A stretch of 60,000 bases of DNA from Lama guanicoe (Eukaryota), in the NCBI GenBank assembly GCA_013239625.1, contig MU053881.1, forward strand, positions 7,463,957 through 7,523,956, written 5' to 3'. The notes beneath the pieces were generated by a model that saw only the letters and a list, made by a program, of their open reading frames with translations, made no database searches and was not told the DNA's origin. Made by a program: the position numbers and the translations under genes. Shown in pieces: positions 1-9,701 of the stretch. The first letter of the stretch is position 1, and each line of letters opens with the position of its first letter.

Positions 1-249
1 AAGAAATCACCTTATTTTGGTTTTAAATTTCACCATTCTTATTCTCTTTTGAGTTATTCTTTGCTGGTGCTTCTTTTTAGTTTCTTTGTTGACTTTTTTT
101 TGTAGTCTTTTTCTGTATAAGGTATCTCTCAAGGCTCACAAGAAGTATCATTATTAAAAAGAATACTAGACGTGGGGTCAAAATTTCTGGATTAAAAAAA
201 GAAAATTACCTTGGCTTAACAATTATATCTGAAATACATTTAGAATTAA

Positions 250-1516
250 CATTTGTATTAGGTGGAGCTAGGGATCAAGATCAACTTTTCCCAATATGTT
301 ATGTAAATTGACTAAATGTTATTTTTCAAAAATTCTACCCTTCCCCCTGCATTTGTGATTCTTTTTAGTCACAAATCAGATGAGCAAATGTGTTTGTCTC
401 TGTTTATGGATTCTTTTTCTCGTCCTTTGAAATAGGTCTTTGTGTTTGCATTTGTATCACACTGAATTAATTATCATCTTTTAACAGGCCTCTATATCTG
501 TTAGTAAAAGTCCTCCATCTTTCTTCTTCTTCAAGATTTTCTTGGATATTTTTGGCTTTTTGCATTTCCACATACATTTTAAATCAACGCGTCATGTTCC
601 AAAAAAAAAAAAAAGCTTGCAAGGAGTTTTATTGAAATTGTGTTGAATCTTTAGAGCAATCTGAAGAGAAGTGATGTCTTTATTATGCTATATTCTGCCA
701 TTTATTTAGACCTTTATCTCCATGATGTTTTGAAGTTTGCAGTGTGACAGACGTCTTCTACATCTTTTTGTTGACTTTATCCCTAGGCATATGGTATAAT
801 TTATGCCATTATAAATAGTTGAATTTCAAATTTTTCACTTCTATTTGTTTTTACCTGGTATAAATTGGTTTTTAAAAATTGATTCAGTACTCAATTTTAC
901 TAGTTTATCTACAAAATGTTTTAGATTTTTCTACACATGCTGTAGTAGCATCTGCAAGTAATGACATTTAAAAACTTCTAACTTTAACATAATTTCAGAC
1001 TTACAAAAGTTTCAGTGTGTGTGTATATGCATGTGGATGTATGTTTTTGTGAATCACTTGAGAATAAAGTGCAGAACAAGACGCCCTTTTGCCTTGATAT
1101 ACATCACTGTGCATTTCTTAAAAATAAGGGCAGCACAATTATCAAATTCAGGAAAATAACACTGACAAAATACTATCAGCTAATCAAAGTTCTCATTCAA
1201 ATTTTGCCAGTTGTCCCCTTAATATTCTCTATGGCAAAAGAAAATTCCATGTGGCAAGCTGTATTCACTTGTTACATGTCTCTTTAGTTTCCTTTAATCA
1301 GGATCAATTCCTCCACTTATCTGCCATCCCTGATCTTGGCATTTTGAAGAGTACGGGCCAGATATTGAATAGAATACCCCTCATTAGGGTTTCAGAATGT
1401 TTCCTCATGATTAGATGCAAGGCATACTTTTTCTGGCAGGAATACCACATTCGTGACCTTATGTTTTCCTCACTGCTTTATATAAGAAGGCACATGCTAT
1501 AAATCTGTCTTCTTAC
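250..1516 (-). mobile_element. Old L1M fragments; the 3'-end piece resumes at about 6633-7120 after the ERV
   Basis: Antisense L1 ORF2-like and 3'UTR-like sequence; TCTTAC|TGGTGATGTTAACTTT continuity across the ERV. Confidence 0.6.
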
Positions 1517-2016
1517 TGTCATGGGTAAAACCCGCTGGAGTCCCTGGGAAAAATAAGATGGAATCTAGATAAGGGCTAATCTTAGTCTAGTTTCACTTGC
1601 CTACCAGGGGCAGTGTGCAGAGGCCTTGGACCGAACACATCGGTTTACAGTTCTCAGTGCAGAACCACTGTGCCCAACACTCCAACTTGGTGAGCCGTGC
1701 ACAGAGGCACTGAGAATGACAGCTCAAGCCAAGATAGTGCACCACGTGCAGAAATGCTACGCCCGGCACTTCAGTCTGACGTGAGCACCACGACTGTGCC
1801 CGACACACAAGAAGTTCCTCCCTCCCTCCACAATCAAGAACCGGCCAATGGCCTGTTGAGGAGAGTGTGTACCCTAGAGCTCACACCTCTCTATTCTTTG
1901 CTCACAAAACTGAACTTTCTTTTACTTCTAAACTGAACTTGGTCTCGTTCTATTGGTTCCAACGACACTAGGCAGGAGGATCCTTCATGGGGACCGACTC
2001 AGGAGGGTCGGTAACA
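1517..2016 (+). repeat. ERV 5' LTR (500 bp, CpG-depleted)
   Basis: Starts TGTCATGGGTAAAACCC and ends GGTAACA; alignable to 5884-6632 at both ends. Confidence 0.9.
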
Positions 2017-2021
2017 AGTTT

Positions 2022-2039
2022 TGGCACTGCAGGTGGGAT
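2022..2039 (+). promoter_or_regulatory. Primer-binding site, best recalled match tRNA-Arg(CCU)
   Basis: TGGCACTGCAGGTGGGAT 5 nt after the 5' LTR; about 15/18 to the complement of the tRNA-Arg 3' end as recalled (TGGCACCCCAGGTGGGAC). Confidence 0.65.
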
Positions 2040-2779
2040 GGACCATGACCTCTTCGCCTGTACCTGTCCACTAGGCTCCATTGGGAGGATGGCAGCCTTC
2101 GGCCGAATTCAGAGCAACTCTGCCCAAACCCGATACCCAGGTGTGGGGTGTGGTCTGTACACAGTGTAGCCCCCAGAGTCATCTGGACTGCACCTCGTTG
2201 ACAGGATCACACTGTGACATCGTTGGGGGTCGAGGACTGAAACTCATGCTTGTCTGCCCACTGCCTCTGGCTGGCCTGCCCACAGCACCGAACGCCAGGA
2301 CTGTGGGGACCTGTGGACGAGAGGGAGCCACGCCGTCTTGCCCACTGTCTCACCAGCAGTGCTGTCTTCTTGACCCCTGTAAAAGGCAGGAGAAGCTGTG
2401 CCAGGGCTTCCCTCCTCGACAACCTCTGGGCGTCAACAGTAGCACTCTCCACGTTCACTTTCATTTGGCAAAGGAAAGAGGCCAGCCCCACGAGCCAAGA
2501 GGCGAGACCAAGAGAAGGCCCAGGTAATAAGGACTGCCTGGCAACACAGAAACAGGATGCTCCATTGACCAGGGACGCCCAAGTGTGAAAGGGTCCCAAG
2601 GTAGGTACTCGACCTCCTCTGGTCAGCACTAATTTCTCTGAAGTGGGCTGGGGAGCCCTGTGAGCCGCTAGCAAGACCAGGAACCCCACCAGCAGGAAGT
2701 CCTGTGAGCTGCCGGCAAGAGCAGGAAACACACCACCCAATCTCTCCTCTGATCTCTTTTCCTTCTAATGCGGGAAAGC

Positions 2780-4410
2780 ACCAGAACAGGCATTCACAGA
2801 GCTGCTAGACAACCCAGTGGTTACTAGGAAAGCCTGTCACACTAGATCCTTCCCCCGTACTACCCACGGACACAGGGCTCTTGGAACATGACTGTATAGA
2901 AACAGTAGTCACAGTCTATTCCAGTCTTCCTGACCGACCTAGGAAGTGAGCCCCTCCCAGATGCAGAAAAGGACGGGAGTACTTTTATGAGGGAGAGAAA
3001 AAGGCTGGTGGGATATTTAGTAACTTCCCAGATACAAGTCACAGAAGCAAGGAGCCTACCCCTGGGACTTCTGCCCCAAAGGTGGAGCTGATAGCCCTCA
3101 CCGAGCCTTAGCGCTCAGGACGGGGAAGATCTTAAATGTTTACACAGATTGCCGGTAGATGTATGCCATCCTACATGCACACGGGGCTATTTGGAAGGAA
3201 AGAGGTATGCTTACTGCAGAGAATAAAAAGGTGAAATAAGACTTAAGCATATTGAAGCCCTTAGAAGCAGTATAGCTTCCAAAAAAAAAAAAAGTGGCAG
3301 TGATTCATTGTAGGCGTTACCAAAAGGGGGGTGCAGAGGTAATAAAGGGAAACAACAAGATGGACACAACAGCCAAAAGGGCAACCCTAGAACCAGTAAC
3401 TTGGCAACTTCCCCTCATGCCCCAAAGGCCAGATCCATTCAATTATTCCCCAAATTACACAAAGGACAAGTTAGACAAAGCCCGAAGATGGGGCTTCAAG
3501 AGACCTGGGAGGTCATGGGTGGCTAGATAATGCACATGAGCAATACATCTTTCCCCAGACTTCAGCTTGTCAAGCAATCAGAGAGACTCATCAAGGAACT
3601 CACTCCAGGAGGGAAACCCTACATAACTGGTTAGATGAGGTAATGGTAACTCCTGGCAAGAAAAGTATGATCAGTCAGATAGTTGAGATTTGCCCGGTCT
3701 GCTCAATGAACAATCTAACACCAGGTCCCCCAGAGGCCCCCAGATGAGGCCCACTCAGATCAGAGGGACTTATTCTAGAGAAGACTGGCAGTCTTCACTG
3801 TCATGCTGAGAGCGCCTGGCAATTTCATGTATCTCTTGGTGGTAGTAGACATATTTTCTGGGTGGATAGATGCAATCCCCACTTAAGCTGAAAAGCAGCT
3901 AAAGTGACTAAGGTGTTACTGACAGAAACAGTCCCCATGTTCGGGTTCCCAGGATACCTACAAAGGGATAATGGTCCAACATTTGTGTCTCAAATGACAA
4001 AGGGGATAACGAATGCCCTGGGCATAAAATGGACCTTGTACTCCACCTGGAGACCCCAGTCATCAGGGTAAGTAAAAGGACCCAATCAGACCTTGAAATA
4101 GGCCTTAGCCAATCTATGTCAGAAAACTCAGTAAAATTGGGGTAAGTTGCTTGCGATTTCCCCGCTCTGCACACAGTCAGCCCCAAGGGATAAGTTAAGT
4201 GCATTTGAAATCATGCTCTAGAGAAAGGGACACCTTAATTCTCTTACAAATGGAAATAACTCAAGTATGCCCTCCAGGTTGGAGACACCGGGAAAGCTCT
4301 CACGGAATATAGCAACCAGGTGCTGCCTGCATCCACGGACCTGGCCCCACACGCGTTTCAGCAAGAAGACTGGGCGTACTTAAAAACCTGGAGAACCAGC
4401 AGCCCACAAG
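2780..4410 (+). pseudogene. pol: ERV pol remnant: tether, RNase H and integrase, with frameshifts and stops
   Basis: Motifs HDC, DGS (2972), ELIAL, YTD, HAHGAIWKERG, VAVIHC, CPVC, YLLVVVDIFSGW, DNGPTF and PQSSG in shifting frames. Confidence 0.9.
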
Positions 4411-4549
4411 ACACCCTGGTAAGCACTGCCATTGTGCTGTCTCCCCCCTGACCCCAGCCCCTGCCCTCCAGGACACATTTACCCCAGTGCTTGCAAAACG
4501 AGGTCCCTATACTTCCAATTTATACTTCCCATCTAGGGAATTAAAATGT

Positions 4550-5720
4550 TCCTCACCACCATCACCCTGCGGTAAACATATTTCTTCTATAATGTAACCA
4601 GAGATATGCAGGAAGGATGGAACTTCACTGATTGTTGGATCTGTCATGCCCAACCTGAAACAGGAAGGGACCACCAGACATATTTAAGAGGAACTCCAAT
4701 AACTGAGGAGGAAGCACTAAATACCACCCTCCTTTCGGCAGGTGATAAACTGTAAACAAGCTGAAGTCCAGCTGGTCCCAGCTGTGACCAACAGCACCAA
4801 CAATACATGAAACAGGCTGTCCAACAAGGGAAAATACAGTTGAGTTTGATATCTGGGTGTCCCAACAGGACCCTAAATACACTCACAAGGAGAGAACATC
4901 AGAGCACTGACCCTTTGAGGGCTCTAGCCAATGGCACAGGGCAGATGTGCTTACAAAGAGGACACACGTTCTTGGGTAAACCCCCAAACACAACGAGGGG
5001 CTGGGCATCTCAATGCATAGAGAGCACCAAGGTGAGGGGCTATGTCACCATAAGAACTTGGGACAAGAAGCAAACTTAGAGATTACAATCGGACGGTTAC
5101 CCACAGGAAGAAGCCACGCCGCTCCAAAAGAGCCGCAGGACTATGAATCACAGGAGTCATTGCACTCATAGGGGTGCTAGTGATCCTGGCCGGGGGAGCG
5201 ATATACAACACTGTCACCATAGACAAGGTACAGCCACGGTGGCAACAATGGCCAGTGAGACTGGCCTCGACGTCAAACTATTAAAAAAAAAAAATTGACA
5301 TGTGAGGTAGGCCAAACCTTTAAACCTCGCACAAAAATCTGTTGACTCACTGGCCAGGAAGGTACTAGACAACCGAACTGCCCCAGATTATCTGTCAGCC
5401 GACCAGGGAAGGGGTCTGCGCACTGACCAATACATCATGTTGCTTTTACATCAGCGCAAGTAGCCTGATTGAAGAAAGTGCAGACGGGCTATTGGAAAAA
5501 GCAACTTGGCTAGCAGAAGCCAGCCAGCCTCATCTGGCAAAACAAATTCCGAGCGAGGTAAACAGGCTCTGCCCAGTCACTTGGTTTCTACCTTTCCCGG
5601 TCCCCTTAAAGACCATTACTCTCTTGCTAGTATTTGTGCCACGCGCCTTAAATTGGTGTCCTTTGTCTCCGAAAGATTATAATCTATAAAACTCCCAAAT
5701 GGTGGATGCACAGTCAGGAG
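4550..5720 (+). pseudogene. env: ERV env remnant (gamma-type SU/TM)
   Basis: DCWICH (~4630), furin site RRSKR (5117-5131), ISD-like DNRTAPDYLSA, CX6CC GVCALTNTSCCFYI (~5412-5452) and a hydrophobic TM segment; reading frame disrupted. Confidence 0.88.
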
Positions 5721-5883
5721 TTAGGCTGGTGACAATCAAACACATCTCAAGGTCGCTCGGGAGAACTTCTGCTCCTCTCAGAGGCTATGACGTCACCCAA
5801 ACTCAGCAGGAAGCACAGAAGACAGACGGTCACCCCTTAGCGCCCGGCAAGAATGAGGAGCAGGACGAAATATGAAAGGGATT

Positions 5884-6632
5884 TGTCACCGGCAAAGCCC
5901 ACTGGGGTCCCCAGGAAAAGTAAGATGGAATTGAGGTGATAAGGTCTACCCTATTCTTTAGGGCTTGGTCTAGTTTTACTTGCCTATAGTGGGCTGTGTG
6001 CGGAGTCCTTGCACCTGAAGGCCGAGTCGGAGTTTCCAGCGCAGAAGCGCTGTGCAGGACGCCGGGACCGGGCTTGGCGGGAGCCCCATGCAGAAGCCCT
6101 GTGCCCTGACACCCGGACCGGGCTGGGCGGGAGCCGCGTGCAGAAGCCCTGTGCACCGACGCCCGGACTGGGCTCGGCGAGCCGCGTGCAGAAGCCCTGT
6201 GCCGACGCCGGGACTGGGCTCGGCGGGAGCCCCATGCAGAAGCCCTGTGCCCTGACACCCGGACCGGGCTGGGCGGGAGCCGCGTGCAGAAGCCCTGTGC
6301 ACCGACGCCCGGGCTGGGCTCGGCGAGCCGCGTGCAGAAGCGCCGCGCACCCCTCCCCGAGTCAAGATGGCGGCGGCGCGCCCTGCCTCGCGCAGAGATG
6401 CTGCGGCCCGCGCGCACCGCTGTCTGGGGCGTCGTGAGCAGCGCGGCTGTGCCAGACGCAGGAACTCCGCCCCGCCCCCCGCAGAGGGGAGGCCCATGAA
6501 GCAGCCCCGCCCAGGGCCTTTCGGGAGAGCCTGTGCTCCTGACCTCCAGCTCTGAAGTTCCTTTGCTTCTGGCTCCAAGGACTCCAGGCAAAAGGGCCCT
6601 TGTTGGGGACTGACTTGGGAGCGTCGCTGACA
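5884..6632 (+). repeat. ERV 3' LTR (749 bp, CpG-rich, with internal minisatellite)
   Basis: Starts TGTCACCGGCAAAGCCC after GAAAGGGA and ends GCTGACA; homologous to the 5' LTR. Confidence 0.9.
6041..6345. repeat. GC-rich 48-50 bp minisatellite, 6 full units plus a partial
   Basis: Units start with GCAGAAG at 6041, 6090, 6140, 6188, 6236, 6286 and 6334. Confidence 0.95.
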
Positions 6633-7129
6633 TCACTGGTGATGTTAACTTTCATTTATCATTTGTTATTTATCATTCATTAGGGTGCTGTCTTAATTTT
6701 TTCATGTAGAGGTTACTAGTTTTTCCATGTAAAGGTTACTAGGTGTAATTATTACGTATTTGTGGAGAGATACTCTACGTAAATATTCTATAACTTATAC
6801 TTTTAGCCCACTGGTTCTAGCATCTATTGATTCTTTCCTGAATCACATGTTAAGTTACCAAAGATGTTTTAAATTCTATCAATCTTTCTTCATTTATTGA
6901 GATTCTACTATGAGAAAAAGCTTTGCCTTCATTATTTATTCATGCATGGATTTATTTATCTATTTCAAACAACATGGGCTCATGGTTTCTTATTTTACTC
7001 AATAGGCTATAATCCATTACTATTATTTATTTAGATGTTCAAATTGTCCAAGATTTGGACAGTGAGAGCCACTTCAAGCTGACTCCCATGTCATTTTGAC
7101 ACGTGCTCTTCCTTCTTTGAACATCTTGA

Positions 7130-7625
7130 TGAGGTATATTCCCTCTATAACTATACCCAGCTTTTTGAGTTTTTTTTTTTAATCATGAAAGGATGTTGAA
7201 TTTTGTCAAATGATTTTTCTGCATGTATCGAGATGATCATATAATTTTTATCCTTCAATTTGTAAGGTGGTATATCATGTTGACTGATTTGCAGATATTG
7301 AACCATACTTGCATCCCTGGAGTAAATCCCACTTAATCATTGTGTATGCTCCTTTTAATGTATTGAATTTGGTTTGCTAATATTTGTTGAGGATTTTTGC
7401 ACCTATGTTCATTAAGGATACTGGCCTGCCATTTTCATTTTTTATCAAATATACTTCCCCCCACCCCCTCCCCTTTCTGGGGATTCCTATTATGCACATG
7501 TTGCTGTGTTTGACAGTAGTGTCCAGTAGGTCTCTTAAGCTCTGTTCATTTTTCTTCATTCTTTTCTTTTTCTGTTCTTCAGTCTGAATAATCTCAATCG
7601 GCCAAATTTGTTGTTGCAAATTTTG
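7130..7625 (-). mobile_element. L1 fragments (ORF2 RT piece beside an ORF1 piece)
   Basis: Translations RPVSLMNIGAKILNK (ORF2) and KKNEQSLRDL...NMCIIGIP (ORF1). Confidence 0.8.
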
Positions 7626-8366
7626 CTGAACTACGGATGTTGTTTCATACCCTTATTCATTGAACAGCTATTTCTTCTAGCTGTAATGCTATTCTCTGCC
7701 TTAGGAAACCTCTGAAGCAATCTTAGCTTAGAAATAATGAAAATATAAAAAGCCCCCAGAGGCTGTTTCTTGTTTCCTCCTCTGTTCCTACAGCACTCTG
7801 TATATTCTATTACAACCTCTACCACTTCAATTTTTTCATCATTTACTAACACTTGTGACCTTGGACAAGTTACCACCTCTTTGAGACCTTGATTTCCTCA
7901 TCTGTAAAATGAGGATCTGTAAAGTATAACATATAGGTCACAGAGATGTGGTAATACATGAGGGCTTGGCACATTAGATTTATTCAAATGTTAGATATAA
8001 CTATTATTGCTAGTAATACCACACTACCACTACTCATCTATGTGGGTCTATTAAACAGTGAGCTCTGAAGTTTTATTTTTGCACCACTAGCACCTAATGC
8101 ATCATGAAAATTCAGTGTTGGAAGGAATTGACCTACATTCTATAATATGCAAGGAATATGGTCATTTGTTATCATTCCTCAGGTTAAAATTATTTGTTTT
8201 CTAGTGCCTTCAGCTACTTCTTTTTATTATTTAATATGAAATTTCTAATTTCCTTAGAACATGCTTTTTGTAGCAATTTAAACTTAAAAGTTTGTTATTT
8301 ATTTATAAGTGAGAGGCAATTTCCTTTTACTTAATATATTTCAATAGACTTATCTAAGTAAGCCAC

Positions 8367-8740
8367 TGTGATAGTTAAGTATATTATATGTCAACTTGAC
8401 TGAGCCACGAAGCCTAGATATGTGGTCTGACATCTTTCTAGATGCTTCTGTGAGTGTTTTTGGATGAGACTAACATTTAGATCTGTGGACTCTGAGTAAA
8501 GCAGATTTCCCTCCAGAGTGTGGGTGGGCCTATGCATGCAATTAGTTGAAGCCCTGGATAAAACAGAAGACTGAGAAGTTCCCTGAGCAATAGAAATCTC
8601 TGCAGCAGACAGCTTTTGGACTTGAACTGTGACATCATCTCTTCTTTGGGTCTATAGCCTGCCAGTCTACTCTGTAGACTCTGGACATGTCAGCCTCCAT
8701 ATTCATATAATGCAATTCCTTAAAATAAACTTCTCTTTTT
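8367..8740 (+). mobile_element. MLT2-type (ERVL) solo LTR
   Basis: TGTGATAGTTAA...TGTCAACTTGACTGAGCCAC start and TAAAGCAGATT...GTGGGTGGGCC core. Confidence 0.7.
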
Positions 8741-8826
8741 CTCACTCTCTCTAGAGTAATACACTCACTTAACATACACACAAAATTAAGTTATAGACCA
8801 GGCTATAATCATTTAAAGGAAATGTC

Positions 8827-9329
8827 TTTATTTGAAAAGTTTAGAATTGAAAATATATATTATATATGTGTGTGTATGTGTATATATACAAAAATTAGAT
8901 GTTCTAGGGAATTAAGAATCCCTAGAAAGTTTCTCTTATCTTCTTTTATTCCCTTTGATAACATCCTATCATCTATACAGAGTAAGAAAATAAAGGGGGG
9001 TAAATTATAGCAGTTTTATTTAAAATCTCAAAATTATTTTTTCATGTAATTGAGACATGAAATTTAAATCATGTATATGAACACAGAGATGAACATATGT
9101 GCTTTAAACACTGACAAAATCCAGTTATAATATATTTTTAAACCAAGTTTTCTATTTTTACAACACAGTGAAAAACTACGTTCATAAAAATGTATACTGG
9201 AAAATATAATAGTTAACGTGTTCTCTTTTCAAATATATGACTCTGACGGTAATGTGTTAATATCACTTTAAAAATCTATATACAAGGCAACAAATAGATT
9301 TATAATAATACTTGCCGTAGTAGTTTATT
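8827..9329 (-). terminator. SPDL1 polyadenylation signal cluster
   Basis: Minus-strand AATAAA at 9324-9329, 9015-9020, 8945-8950 and 8827-8832, all downstream of the stop codon. Confidence 0.6.
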
Positions 9330-9553
9330 CACGGTGATTCATAGAAACTCCATGAAGGGTCATCATGTAAGGAACTCTCCTGGTTAGAATCACAGATTTT
9401 GAATGTTTGATCAAAGGAACATGAAAATGCCAGTTCCTGGCACAATGAGTAGAAGGCAATAAGCTACAAGATGGCATACTTCAGATAAAGACAATTCAGT
9501 TCTGGAACAACCTTTTGGGCAAGTGATACCTTACTCTCATTAAAGATAGATCG

Positions 9554-9701
9554 TTACTGCTGAGGGCACTGGGTCTCTGGAGTTGATTTGGAAGACACGT
9601 ACAGAATAGGGTGTGATTTCTTACAGGTTTCTTTTTCCAATTTGCTTGTAGTTTCACTCCCTTCTTTAACTTCTGTTTGAAGCCTTGATTCAGCAGCTAA
9701 C
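9554..9701 (-). CDS. SPDL1: Spindly terminal coding exon 12 (LAAESRLQTEVKE...TPETQCPQQ*), farnesylation CAAX
   Basis: CTGTAG| acceptor, TAA at 9556-9554; CPQQ is the established Spindly farnesylation motif. Confidence 0.97.

Larger units (their letters stand above)
1517..6632 (+). mobile_element. Decayed class I (ERV1/gammaretrovirus-like) provirus lacking gag/pro/RT
   Basis: TG...CA LTR pair, PBS, RNase H, integrase and env remnants, purine tract before the 3' LTR, 4-bp TSD TTAC/TCAC. It interrupts an old L1 3' end. Confidence 0.92.

Noticed and set aside
2081..2740. 148-aa and 177-aa ORFs in the ERV leader as gag
   Set aside because: No matrix, capsid or zinc-knuckle motifs were recognisable.
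4550..5720. env as a domesticated syncytin-like gene
   Set aside because: Motifs are recognisable, but there are multiple stops and frameshifts (including between the ISD and CX6CC) and no long ORF.
6041..6345. CRISPR-like repeat-spacer array
   Set aside because: The apparent spacers are homologous to each other and the context is eukaryotic; this is a minisatellite.
6367..6555. 62-aa ORF with a strong Kozak context (MAAARP...)
   Set aside because: The ATG is the core of the YY1 motif, the peptide is low-complexity, and there is no other coding evidence.
5830..6636. 268-aa and 200-aa antisense ORFs across the 3' LTR
   Set aside because: The GC-rich minisatellite lacks stops in several frames. 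Its 146-bp period is not a multiple of 3, so the same peptides rotate through frames, which argues against coding constraint.
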